From a virus (taxonomy: Duplodnaviria > Caudoviricetes): a DNA stretch of 64,000 nt. The stretch is taken from positions 1-64,000 of IMG/VR virus record IMGVR_UViG_3300035696_000004; one strand, 5' to 3'. Of the stretch, positions 27,967 through 37,859 are shown piece after piece (within the stretch, counting starts at the first letter, position 1; each line of letters starts with the position of its first letter). The notes beneath the pieces were generated by a model. It saw nothing but the letters and a program-made list of their open reading frames with translations. It did no database searches and was not told where the DNA came from. A program made the translations under genes and the position numbers.

Positions 27967-28947
27967 CTACACGTTGGGCGCCACAATGGCTTCCTGAGAA
28001 ACGATTTGTTTCCCAGATACAGTGCCGTTTACGGCCGTCACATCTTGATCCGCCGTGAGGCTACCGGTGACTTCCATATCACCACCAAACTTCGCCTTAC
28101 CGGTCGACTTACCGTCACTACCCGCGGCTGTGGTCAAATCACCCGCTACGGCTACCGAACCATTATGCGTTGTTTCGGACGTGATCGTCGTCGTCGTCGA
28201 ATTGATCGTGCTGTCAGCCGTATCGAGTTCGTACGAGTCTGTCGCGCTCAGCGAAATCTTTTTACTATCGATTTCAAAACTATCGAGACCCGACATCTTG
28301 AATGCTGTCCCTGTCAAATCCATGACTGCACCATCAGGGTTTTCGACATGGAACTGGTTTTGACCGAAATCGTACTTCACTAGATTGCCGGTATTGTCAT
28401 CGACAGTGAGCGTCCCAGCTTTTGTGTTCAATGAAATATCGAAAGCAAACGGCTCGCTATTTGCTTTCGAGGTGTGGATCGTGATCGCCCCTGTGAGCGG
28501 ACTAAACGTACAGGTGTAGTGGTTGTCATTACTCGCGTCGACATCTTCCTCAGCGGTGCCGCTGTACCCCATGACCACATGCTCGAGTTTACGTGTCGAG
28601 CTGTCGTTCGACATGGTAGACCAATAGAATTGATCCGTATCCGCAAACCGCCAAATCTCGACCTGTTCACCACGCCGGACATCGGGCGACGTCTTTCGAT
28701 TGCTTTCCCCGACAGGCCGCCATTTACATGGAATCGTGGCAGCTGTTTGCGATTTCGTCGTATAGGCACTTCCGGTACCATCGACGCCCGAGGACTCCAG
28801 GGCGGTTGTGTTGGGTGTCAATTCGCCATCCAGCATGGCATGCTTCTCAAGCGGCGTGACTTCGACGACATCCGTGTTAGCGGCTTTGTTTTCGGCCACG
28901 ACACCGTGCGAATAAAAGTGCCAGTCCGAAACAGTGCGTTGCGTCAT
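27967..28947 (-). CDS. Baseplate central spike (gpV/gp5-like; phiKZ gp164-like)
   Basis: GVVAENK, SPDVRRGEQVEIWRFADTDQFYW OB-fold-type N-terminus, then short repeating beta-strand segments; AGGAG RBS. Confidence 0.65.
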   Translation of the reverse strand: MTQRTVSDWHFYSHGVVAENKAANTDVVEVTPLEKHAMLDGELTPNTTALESSGVDGTGSAYTTKSQTAATIPCKWRPVGESNRKTSPDVRRGEQVEIWRFADTDQFYWSTMSNDSSTRKLEHVVMGYSGTAEEDVDASNDNHYTCTFSPLTGAITIHTSKANSEPFAFDISLNTKAGTLTVDDNTGNLVKYDFGQNQFHVENPDGAVMDLTGTAFKMSGLDSFEIDSKKISLSATDSYELDTADSTINSTTTTITSETTHNGSVAVAGDLTTAAGSDGKSTGKAKFGGDMEVTGSLTADQDVTAVNGTVSGKQIVSQEAIVAPNV

Positions 28948-29013
28948 GAAAAACTCCTGTTAAAAAAGATACGCGCGCCCTATCATCTGACAACGGATAA
29001 CAGGGCTTCAGAT

Positions 29014-31497
29014 ATGCGTTATACTTCAGTGAAGCTAGTAGGGTATAAACGATTCCTTTTGAACAATATTCGGGAATTCACGTTTACCCCTACCGAACGA
29101 TTTCAATTGATCCTCGGGACGAATGGATGCGGGAAGTCTTCATTGATCGAAGAAATCTCACCATTTCCTGCTGCGCCCTCAGACTACTCAAAAGATGGAT
29201 CGAAAACGGTCGTCATTATGCATCACGGTATCGAGTATGTCTTGACATCTGTCTTTGCACCCAAGGCGCATCATGAGTTCATGAAAGACGGCGTTCCCAT
29301 GAACCAGGGCGGCACGGCCAGCGTCCAAAAAGAATTGATTAAGCAGGAGTTCGGCTACACGCAAGACTTCCATGCGTTTATTATCGGGAAAGAGCGTTTC
29401 TCCGAAATGAGTATCGGTAGACGTCGAGAACTCTTGACCTCCCTATCGGTCGTGAGCTACGACTATGCGCTGAAGGTCTACGATAAGCTCCGCGAAATGT
29501 TGCGTGATGCAACAGGAACGATGCGTCGTTATAAAGAGCGTCTCGTTAACGAGACCTCAAAACTGATTTCGAAGGAAGAGGAAGAACAACTTCTTATCGA
29601 TGTTCAGAATCTCCACGATGAACTCACTCTGTTGCAGACACGCCGAGCACCGGTAGAAAGACCCTCAGAAGCCCTCTCACGCGACGCAGACCGTATGTGT
29701 AGTGAAGTGCTCACCCTGAGCACTAGAGTGCTCCAGAGGTACGCTAGCGTCGATATAGAAGGGCGTTACGCATCAAAAGAAAGCCTCGATGAGAAACTGG
29801 AGACCTCGAAACTCAATGTGGCCGCACTAGAGTCGAAATTGGTCACCTTGGTAGAGATCCATGATCGCTTACAAAGTGATTTGGAGATTCTCAAGAAAAC
29901 AGGCGAACAAGGGATCGAGGTCCTGATTCAAAAGCGCGATGCTATTGTCGAAGAACAGAAAGCGATTCTGGTAAAGCGGAAGTTAGGTTTCGAAGACTGG
30001 GACACACAACGCCTCCAGACACTCGAGGCAATCTACGATGACCTGTCGGCTATTCTTCAGGTGCTTCCGATCAACGAAGGTCGGCGGTTCTCGATGCAAC
30101 GTCTGGAGACGCTACGCCAAGAAGTCAAAGACATCAAAGAAATTGTCCATACGCTCCAGCGCCAACTCGATGCCCACATTGCAACCAAGAACCATCTCGA
30201 GCTCCACAAGAACGATTCGAATGTTCAGTGCCCTGCCTGTAATCATCGTTGGGTGCTGAATTATTCCCCTGAAAAGTTGGCAAAGGTCAATAACGCTATC
30301 GAGAAGTTCTCGTTAGAGATCGATGCCGGAAACCTAGCAATCGCTGGTAAAGAAACCGATATCAAGGAGACAGAAGAGTATCTGGAACTGTACAACAACT
30401 TCGGTCGCTGCGCGAAGAGTGCGCCGAATCTGAAGGTGTTCTGGAACTATCTGGTTGAAAATGAATTCGTCACGAATGCTCCACGTAAGGCGCTGGCTGT
30501 ACTTGAGGTCTTTCGGAAGGACTGTTCCTTTGAGCGCGACGCTCACGAGAAATCTCAAGCCATTGCCGAAATCAACGCCCTCATCTCGCAAGCCGAACAC
30601 CTTGGCGCGGCGAGCCTCACCGATACGATGGCTCAACTCGCTCTTTCGGAAACCGAAATCTCGAACCTGACACAAGCTCTGATAAAAGAGCGTGCGGAAT
30701 ACAATTCGATGATGTCGGACAAACGTGCTTATAATGAGCTCATGGAAATGGCTCGTAAGCTCGATGACCTGATGTTCAATGCGGACAAGCTGAATAACGA
30801 CGCTATCGAAGCGTTGCGTCGTGAGATCATCATTCGGTCAATCCAGACGCTACAGGTATCCCTCGCAACCAAGTCTGAAGCGCTCAGTAATCACGAGATG
30901 CAAAAACAACGGGTGACGGATCTTGAGGTGGATATCGAAAAGCTGAAGTTGGAAGAAGAGTGCCTGAAGTTGATGGTGAAGGAACTCTCCCCAACAGAAG
31001 GCTTGATTGCGGACGGGATGATGGGTTTCATTCGAAATTTCACAGGACAGATCAATGGTTTGATCCGTAAGGTTTGGTCTTATCCTCTCCAGGTCTATCC
31101 GTGTGGAGCGTCGAATGAAAAGGGCGCTGAGCTCGATTATAAGTTCCCATTGATGATTCAGTCGAAAGACAATGTCGTTCCGGATATTTCCAAGGGGAGT
31201 AGCGGGATGGTTGAGATTGTGGATCTCGGTGCTCGCATTGTCTCCTTGCGCTACATGGGTCTGTCCGCATCGCCTCTCTATCTTGATGAGTTTGGCAGGA
31301 CGCTGGATAAAGCGCACCGGACGTCCGCTATGGAGATGATTCGGTCCCTGATGGAAACATTACCGTTCACTCAGATGTTTATGGTGAATCACTATTCTGA
31401 TTTGTACGGTGGTTTTGCAAATGTTCAAACGTGCGTGCTGGACTCTCGCAATATCGCACTCCCCCAATCTTACAACGAACATGTTGTCATTGAGTAA
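29014..31497 (+). CDS. sbcC: SbcC/Rad50-like ABC ATPase (phiKZ gp165-like)
   Basis: Start moved to ATG 29014 (MRYTSVKLVGYKRF). Walker A GTNGCGKSS, coiled coils, CPAC zinc hook, SSG signature, Walker B LYLDE, H-loop. Confidence 0.88.
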   Translation: MRYTSVKLVGYKRFLLNNIREFTFTPTERFQLILGTNGCGKSSLIEEISPFPAAPSDYSKDGSKTVVIMHHGIEYVLTSVFAPKAHHEFMKDGVPMNQGGTASVQKELIKQEFGYTQDFHAFIIGKERFSEMSIGRRRELLTSLSVVSYDYALKVYDKLREMLRDATGTMRRYKERLVNETSKLISKEEEEQLLIDVQNLHDELTLLQTRRAPVERPSEALSRDADRMCSEVLTLSTRVLQRYASVDIEGRYASKESLDEKLETSKLNVAALESKLVTLVEIHDRLQSDLEILKKTGEQGIEVLIQKRDAIVEEQKAILVKRKLGFEDWDTQRLQTLEAIYDDLSAILQVLPINEGRRFSMQRLETLRQEVKDIKEIVHTLQRQLDAHIATKNHLELHKNDSNVQCPACNHRWVLNYSPEKLAKVNNAIEKFSLEIDAGNLAIAGKETDIKETEEYLELYNNFGRCAKSAPNLKVFWNYLVENEFVTNAPRKALAVLEVFRKDCSFERDAHEKSQAIAEINALISQAEHLGAASLTDTMAQLALSETEISNLTQALIKERAEYNSMMSDKRAYNELMEMARKLDDLMFNADKLNNDAIEALRREIIIRSIQTLQVSLATKSEALSNHEMQKQRVTDLEVDIEKLKLEEECLKLMVKELSPTEGLIADGMMGFIRNFTGQINGLIRKVWSYPLQVYPCGASNEKGAELDYKFPLMIQSKDNVVPDISKGSSGMVEIVDLGARIVSLRYMGLSASPLYLDEFGRTLDKAHRTSAMEMIRSLMETLPFTQMFMVNHYSDLYGGFANVQTCVLDSRNIALPQSYNEHVVIE

Positions 31498-31509
31498 AGG
31501 AATACGAAC

Positions 31510-34026
31510 ATGATTGACGATATCATTGAGAAGAATCTGAAGGACATCTTCAAGGCCTCTCAGAGAGCAACGGAAAAGCGAGACCAGGTCATCAAGCAAC
31601 TGGTGAAAATCGTGAAGCTGCAAGATGCCAGAATGAAAGCTCTTTCCGACCGACTGGAGGAGCATGTTCACAATAAGTGCAACCCGCACGACACCACGTC
31701 GTGTCAAGTGGATGCTTTCCCGGATACTGACGAAAAGGACGATGTACCGAGCCCGCTGCACTTCGGTAACATCTCGTGGAAACCGCAACCCTCTCGCGTG
31801 CTTCCAACCCGCAATATTGCCGAAGGCAAGGAACAGCCGATCGCACGACCGATCTGGCCATCAAAAGAGGTTGCCGCAATATCAATCGCTCAACGACCTA
31901 CAAAGTACAACCTCGCCGAAGGTAAGGTGCAGCCGCTCGATCGCCACGTATACCTCACTCTCAACAATTGGGGTGGGAAAAACACAACGAAAATATGTTT
32001 CGTTATTCTTCAACAGGCCATGAACGGTATCCAACAACTCCGCGACAATGAAATCGACAATGTGCTTCTCGACGGAGAGCACACTCATGTTTTTCTGACA
32101 CGCTCCAATCTGGATTCCTTCAAACCGCTCATTGAATCCATGAGTGCCAATTTCCGGCGGCACGCTCTGTCCGAAGCGCCGATGGCTCTTAAGCACCATA
32201 AAGACTTCATGGAGCGCTGCACGCTCGCGCTTGACGTGATATCTCATGTTGTTGGCGAGGACGCGGATACATTCGAAGAAGCAGCAAAGCAGCTTTTTGC
32301 TCAAGAAATGGCGGCGTATCGCCGTGAACTGGGTCCGAAACCCGCAGCATCCGGCAGAGCGATGGTGTTCGATCTTACCAAAGATGTTTTTGCGTACGAT
32401 GATGATCTCATCCGAGACATTTCGAATTGCCTCAACAGCGTCCGCAAAGACGAACTCGAGTGTGTCATCTTGATCGGTTCGAAAGGACAGCTCCCTCTGA
32501 GCAAGGGGTTTGATAAAAAGCTGAATGAAACACGTTCGGAAATCCGTGCCCGATTCGACGCCTACGTTCATCGTCATCAAGGCGCCGCGTCGGATGAAGA
32601 AATCAAAGACCTGCTGGATGTCTTCGGCCCCGTATTGGATGCCGTGTCCTTGGTGTCCGAACACGAACAAGTCTTCTTTCTGAAACAGATGAAGAAGATG
32701 TACGACGGTGTTCGGAAGCCCCAAGAAGCGGAACCGATTCCGCACAGTTCGATCCTCGCCCCGGAGTCGGCAAACACCAGAGTGTCGACAGTCATTCTTC
32801 AGCTGCGCGCGAATCCCGACAATATTCACGAAGCTTCGGTATACGTGAAAGATCTGATGAAACCGGAAGAGGCGCCCTCTGTCGTACTGCGCAGTGTGGA
32901 AGAGCTCATCGCCACCCTACGTTCCGGCAAGTACGCCATGAAGCTCGTTTCGGATAACGGTCAAGCGCAAGATCCTTCCCCTGCCGAACCCGCTGCACCC
33001 GAAGCCAAAGCCGAACTCTTTCCGGCCACCAAGAAACTGGATCCCGAGCCGATTAAAAAGACGAGGATCAATCCTTACCCGGTGAATGTGGAATGCGGCA
33101 TCAAAGATACGTCCGCTGATCCGATCGCCCCCGGACGTATTGACGTCCAGACCAGCCGACCTTTCTGGGTGACGGGCGTGAACCCGATGTCGCGAGTGTA
33201 TCTGAGCGCTATCCCGGGTCACTATCCGTCGGTTGATCTGCCTGTCTCTGGTGGTCGGCAAATCAAGTGCAGTTGCGGTTTCGAAACTCGTGTGTACTAT
33301 GCGAGCGAAACCATGGAGGAGGTTAACGGGGTTCCGACTCCGCATCCGGCGCTGGTACTTTGGCAACAGCACATTGATGCCGCCGCGCACGCCTATCGCA
33401 ACAACCAACGTGCAATGGTCGCCGAGAAGACCTTTGGTGCGACCCAGGCGCCGGAAGTCGCTCATGTATCGGAAGGACCTCATGTCACCGTGGTTCCCGG
33501 TAACCTGGTCATTGATGCGCTCAACACGGCTCGTACTGCGCTGGTCCAGGCACGGGATCACACCAAACTCGCAATGGAGAAAGGAAAGGTAAACGATGCG
33601 GATGAAGCGAACAAGCTCCGGAAGACCCTTGTTAACGATTTCGTTGGTCCTGACAGTATGTTTGTTCGCTATCTGTCTCCTGACGTGTTTGTCGGTGGTC
33701 GGGGCCTTCTTGGGATTAAAGAACTTGGGTTCGAAGTCTATCAAGACGATATCGAGGTGGTGCCGTGGCGGATTCTCTCGTCTTACGTAGAGGGTGCTTA
33801 TACACGGCGCAATGGCGCGCGTCAACTGCTCTTCAAACTCGGTGACTACCAGCTTGCCCACAGGAACTGCGATGACAACCTCGTGGAACCTTGGCTTCTT
33901 GAGTCTAACAGCGAAAAGACGACCAAGTCGCCTGTCTTGCAACTCTCGACCCCGGAGCTGGCTCAGCTGCATGGCGCGCTCCTGAAGCGTTTCCAAGACT
34001 GCCTGGGTAGCGGTATTTCGATGTAA
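31510..34026 (+). CDS. Large hypothetical multidomain protein
   Basis: 838 aa, AAGGA RBS; Pro/Ala linkers; one CSC...H motif; no family recognised. Confidence 0.65.
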   Translation: MIDDIIEKNLKDIFKASQRATEKRDQVIKQLVKIVKLQDARMKALSDRLEEHVHNKCNPHDTTSCQVDAFPDTDEKDDVPSPLHFGNISWKPQPSRVLPTRNIAEGKEQPIARPIWPSKEVAAISIAQRPTKYNLAEGKVQPLDRHVYLTLNNWGGKNTTKICFVILQQAMNGIQQLRDNEIDNVLLDGEHTHVFLTRSNLDSFKPLIESMSANFRRHALSEAPMALKHHKDFMERCTLALDVISHVVGEDADTFEEAAKQLFAQEMAAYRRELGPKPAASGRAMVFDLTKDVFAYDDDLIRDISNCLNSVRKDELECVILIGSKGQLPLSKGFDKKLNETRSEIRARFDAYVHRHQGAASDEEIKDLLDVFGPVLDAVSLVSEHEQVFFLKQMKKMYDGVRKPQEAEPIPHSSILAPESANTRVSTVILQLRANPDNIHEASVYVKDLMKPEEAPSVVLRSVEELIATLRSGKYAMKLVSDNGQAQDPSPAEPAAPEAKAELFPATKKLDPEPIKKTRINPYPVNVECGIKDTSADPIAPGRIDVQTSRPFWVTGVNPMSRVYLSAIPGHYPSVDLPVSGGRQIKCSCGFETRVYYASETMEEVNGVPTPHPALVLWQQHIDAAAHAYRNNQRAMVAEKTFGATQAPEVAHVSEGPHVTVVPGNLVIDALNTARTALVQARDHTKLAMEKGKVNDADEANKLRKTLVNDFVGPDSMFVRYLSPDVFVGGRGLLGIKELGFEVYQDDIEVVPWRILSSYVEGAYTRRNGARQLLFKLGDYQLAHRNCDDNLVEPWLLESNSEKTTKSPVLQLSTPELAQLHGALLKRFQDCLGSGISM

Positions 34027-34041
34027 GGTCTGCTGATGCAA

Positions 34042-34077
34042 TCATAGAGCCCGGGGCGTTTGCCCCGGGCTCTATGA
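34042..34077. terminator. Hairpin, CATA...TATG family
   Basis: Perfect 16-bp stem tcatagagcccggggc-gttt-gccccgggctctatga between convergent genes. Confidence 0.78.
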
Positions 34078-34079
34078 CA

Positions 34080-35315
34080 TCAGATATCCGCTCCAATCTT
34101 TAAGAAGAAGGCGTAGCTGTTTTCCATCGTCAAGTCCGTCTCACATGCATCCGAAAGGCACACCTGATTCATGGCGTCTACCGTGTGATAGAGTCGGTTG
34201 TAGACAAAGTTGTCTACAACGTATAGTGCCCACTGACCATCTTCCCATTGCGGCCAGTACTCCGCACATTTACCCACACCATTGATCAAGAGATGTTCTG
34301 GATCCTCAAAGGCAATCAGTTGACCCGGGAATGGGGTCGTCTGAACAAACCCGCGTTCTTTGAACACATTGGGATTATCCAGAATAACAAAGAATGATTG
34401 AGGGAGTTGTACATACGCCAGCAAGTTCTCATCGCTCAGAAAGTCATCAACAACGATCTGAGAGGCATTGTTTCGTGTCCGCTGGATAGGAAGACTCGAG
34501 AGGTCGATTGTTTTCCATGATTCGTAATAGCGATCGAATAACGGAATGTTTTCGAAGTCAATAGCCACTTCCGTCGTCCCGACTTGATAGAACGATTTGT
34601 TGTCAATGAGATGGAGATACCCGCCCAACACCAACATCACAGTTTTATTCGTGATATCGATACCGAGATCAACAAACATCCGGTTCCGATACGATTGTGT
34701 GGAATCCTGCTTATAGATCATGGACGAAGTAATCGGAAGTTGTGTCAACGTTCCGAGCTTCTGGAAGTTCAAGATACCGACTTGATTTTTGTTCGCCAGT
34801 AAGCAGGACTTCATCCCTTCACGGATGTAACAACCGTTGGGATCCTCTACAGTCTGATGAAAGAAACCATTGACCGACACCAAGCAACTCTTTGCAAACA
34901 AGGAGAAGTCAACACCCGACTTCTCGAGGTAGAGCCATTTCTTGTCACCGGCTGGCAATGTTACGGTCGAAGAGATCGTAGGTTTGACCGGTGTAACACT
35001 GTAACCCGCCAAGAACGCATCTTTGAATCGAGCGTAGCGGGTATTTAGCGTCGTGAGTGTCGTGCTCGCAGGGAGCGTTGTAGCCCCATTAGCAGCCAAG
35101 AACGCATTGAAGGTAATCGCTTCACCACCGACCTTATATCGGATGTCGGCGAAGTGCAAGCAGACATTTTGATCGAGAAAGGGGTTCGACAAAATGATGT
35201 AAGCATCGAGATAGTCGCTGACGAGCGTGGAGATCAGCATATCGCCAATGTCGATACTCACCCAACGACCATCACCATCGATGGGTTTTGCAATAGCGGA
35301 TACGACATTATACAT
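34080..35315 (-). CDS. Virion structural protein (phiKZ gp139-like)
   Basis: 411 aa; SCLVSVNGFFH, VMLVLGGYLH, PQSFFVILD, EYWPQWEDGQW; divergent from the tail-fibre genes. Confidence 0.65.
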   Translation of the reverse strand: MYNVVSAIAKPIDGDGRWVSIDIGDMLISTLVSDYLDAYIILSNPFLDQNVCLHFADIRYKVGGEAITFNAFLAANGATTLPASTTLTTLNTRYARFKDAFLAGYSVTPVKPTISSTVTLPAGDKKWLYLEKSGVDFSLFAKSCLVSVNGFFHQTVEDPNGCYIREGMKSCLLANKNQVGILNFQKLGTLTQLPITSSMIYKQDSTQSYRNRMFVDLGIDITNKTVMLVLGGYLHLIDNKSFYQVGTTEVAIDFENIPLFDRYYESWKTIDLSSLPIQRTRNNASQIVVDDFLSDENLLAYVQLPQSFFVILDNPNVFKERGFVQTTPFPGQLIAFEDPEHLLINGVGKCAEYWPQWEDGQWALYVVDNFVYNRLYHTVDAMNQVCLSDACETDLTMENSYAFFLKIGADI

Positions 35316-35340
35316 AGCGATCCCCGTAAAAATTGACTTG

Positions 35341-35353
35341 AAATACTATGGTT
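35341..35353 (+). promoter_or_regulatory. Candidate late promoter containing TATG
   Basis: AAATACTATGGTT about 70 nt upstream of the tail-fibre ATG. Confidence 0.4.
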
Positions 35354-35420
35354 AGAAAGGCGGCCTATAGGATATTTGATCGTAGGCGTGACCTGAAACA
35401 GTCGAAATTTAGGAGGGCAC

Positions 35421-37817
35421 ATGCCTACTGCAACAACTTATGCTTACGATCCGACGGGTGTCCTCCCTGCGAATCTGGTGCCAAATGAGCAGCAAATCCT
35501 CACGCCGAATGTGTTTGCGGAGTACTATTGCATCGTCCCCAACTTCGCTCCGTTCTTTGGCGATTCGTTGTCGATCGTGTTTGTGCCCGCTGATACGACC
35601 CAGGCCTCCAGACCGTTTGTATTGGGTACCGATTTTTATCCGACGCACGAGTTCATCTCGGCGTCCCGAGCGTGCGCCAAACCGATCTATGGGTCGATCA
35701 CGTTCTTCAATACCAGTTTGTCTGGTGTGGCTATCATTTCGTATCAAACACTCGGTGGTCAGTGGCTGATCAACCAGCAAGAAATTGCGACGATACTGGC
35801 TGATACGGAGCACAACCCGAGAACGACCGCTTGGGAAGAAGTGGTCTATGTGCCGAACAACTTCCCTCCGGTTGACCATGAATGGAATCTGGTTGACATG
35901 GTCGGAATGAGCGAAATCGTTACAGCGCTCGGTACTATCGAAACCTCGCTCCGAGATATGACTCAGACAGGGTTGGCTGCTCACCTGGCAGACTATACCA
36001 ATCCGCACCGCGTGACGGCATCGCAAGTCGGCCTCGGGAATGTCGACAACTTCACGACGGCGACGCTGCAAGACGCTTTGGCGGGTACCGCAACGAATGA
36101 ATTCATGACGCCCTACACAACGATGCAAGTCGTTGATACGGTCGCTCTGGAACCGTTGCAAACTCACATGGCGGATTACACCAACTCCCACAAGGTCACG
36201 GCTGCTCAAACGGGAGCCTACACGTCTAGCCAAACCGATGCACTGCTCATAAAGAAGCTGGATTCTACTGGAGTGGCAGCGGATTCGGCGATGTTCGGTG
36301 GCAAGACGCCAGCGGCGTATGCGGCTGCTGTGTTGCTGGGTACCGCTGCGAATGCGCAAGCTCTGGGCGGTGTTTCTCTGGCTACCTTGCAGGCCTCGAT
36401 CACGGCGGCCGGCACGTCCGCGACGACCTTTGGTGGTTTTACCTACAGTGCTGCGAAACAAGACATTCTTTCCGGTACTGCCGCCAATTCGTTGGAGCTG
36501 GCTGGGATGGATGTCCCGACGTTGACCGCACAGATTCTGGGAGGCACAGCCGCTAACGCCTCGGTAGCAGAGAATGCACAGGCGCTCAGTGGGTTGTCGG
36601 TATCGGATCTGACGACGCAGATTTTGGCGGGTACCGCAGCAAACGCTACCCAATTTGCGGGTTTGACGCAATCTGCTTGGGAGCAGACGATTGCGAACCA
36701 AATCACCGAAGCCACGTCGTCGATCTTGGCAGCACCTACGATCGCCGCTACCACTGGTGATACGGTCAACGCAACGTGGTACAAGTTCGCCACGCTCATG
36801 TTCACATCGGGGCAATCGGCTGTTCCTGCTGATGGTGATTCTCAGTGGCTGGTGTCGGGTGGTGATAACGGTACGGCGTCAGGTCTTTACTACGTGCGCC
36901 TCTCGTTGCGCGGAGCGTTGGGATCTGAAGCTAGCATCGAAGTCATCAATCTGAATGGCGTCAGTGCGGATGTGGACTTCGGTTTCAACACGGTTCAAAG
37001 CGCTACCGGTAGCTCGGTGTACAATGTTGGAGTCTGGTTCAAAGCGGGTGCAAACCATAGTCAAGTGACCGTGGTTCAACTGGCGATTGGTCAGGGCTCG
37101 ACTCTTACGACATCGACGATTGCTGAATCGGCTGTGACGGTAGAACCAACCGGAATGACGTACGCCGGCTCCAATACGTTGATAGCTGCCACCACGGCTG
37201 AGCTCAATTCTCTCGATACGACCTTGACTGCATTGATCAACACCGCTCAAACGGCAGCGACCAATGCCGCAGCGGCTGCAACTGTTGCTCAAAACGTTGC
37301 TACCGCTGCGTTGGCTAAAGCCAACAACCTGTCGGACTTGACAGACGTTGTCGCAGCTCGCACCAATCTCGGTGTCTACAGCACCACCCAGGTGGACACG
37401 AGCATTTCGACAGTGACGACGCTAGCTAATCAAGCGAAGTCGTGGGCACAAAACGCTTTGGCATCGGCAAACACTGCGAATAACGCTATAGCGACACCTG
37501 TTGTTACGGTGGATGCTGCAACAAGAACGTTGCTGGCCACGGACCCGTCCTATTCTGGAAATGTCGGGAGCACGTTGCTATTTAACGGCACTACTGACCA
37601 GACTTTCTACGTTGCAGATGATACCGCCGCTGTTGTTCCAGTGTATGCGATTCTCGAAGTGTACAATACCGGATCGGGTAATCTGACGATCACGGTCGCG
37701 GATGCTAGCGTTTCGCTGAATGGTTCGACTACGTTCAGCAAAGTCATCAGTGCGTACACCAAAGCCACGCTCAAGAAGATCGCAGCCAATACCTGGTTGG
37801 TGACGGTTAGCGCTTAA
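35421..37817 (+). CDS. Tail fibre protein
   Basis: 798 aa, AGGAGG RBS. N-terminal YAYDPTG...NEQ anchor, HLADYTNPHRVTASQVGLGNV repeats, GTAANA repeats, beta-rich C-terminal domains. Confidence 0.8.
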   Translation: MPTATTYAYDPTGVLPANLVPNEQQILTPNVFAEYYCIVPNFAPFFGDSLSIVFVPADTTQASRPFVLGTDFYPTHEFISASRACAKPIYGSITFFNTSLSGVAIISYQTLGGQWLINQQEIATILADTEHNPRTTAWEEVVYVPNNFPPVDHEWNLVDMVGMSEIVTALGTIETSLRDMTQTGLAAHLADYTNPHRVTASQVGLGNVDNFTTATLQDALAGTATNEFMTPYTTMQVVDTVALEPLQTHMADYTNSHKVTAAQTGAYTSSQTDALLIKKLDSTGVAADSAMFGGKTPAAYAAAVLLGTAANAQALGGVSLATLQASITAAGTSATTFGGFTYSAAKQDILSGTAANSLELAGMDVPTLTAQILGGTAANASVAENAQALSGLSVSDLTTQILAGTAANATQFAGLTQSAWEQTIANQITEATSSILAAPTIAATTGDTVNATWYKFATLMFTSGQSAVPADGDSQWLVSGGDNGTASGLYYVRLSLRGALGSEASIEVINLNGVSADVDFGFNTVQSATGSSVYNVGVWFKAGANHSQVTVVQLAIGQGSTLTTSTIAESAVTVEPTGMTYAGSNTLIAATTAELNSLDTTLTALINTAQTAATNAAAAATVAQNVATAALAKANNLSDLTDVVAARTNLGVYSTTQVDTSISTVTTLANQAKSWAQNALASANTANNAIATPVVTVDAATRTLLATDPSYSGNVGSTLLFNGTTDQTFYVADDTAAVVPVYAILEVYNTGSGNLTITVADASVSLNGSTTFSKVISAYTKATLKKIAANTWLVTVSA

Positions 37818-37821
37818 TAAA

Positions 37822-37858
37822 TCATAGAGGGCAGCCACGGAAACGTGGCTGTTTTATC
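37822..37858 (+). terminator. Hairpin between the tail-fibre genes
   Basis: cagccacg-gaaa-cgtggctg followed by ttttat; left flank tcatagaggg. Confidence 0.5.
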
Positions 37859-37859
37859 A

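Noticed and set aside
28474-29013. 180-codon N-terminal extension of SbcC in the ORF track
   Set aside because: Overlaps the spike gene on the opposite strand; the Rad50 fold starts at ATG 29014.
35409-36815. 468-aa minus-strand ORF, and similar antisense ORFs such as 32917-34041, 41940-42884 and 60108-60968
   Set aside because: Each lies opposite a well-supported gene, has R/H/C-rich shadow composition and shows no motifs.
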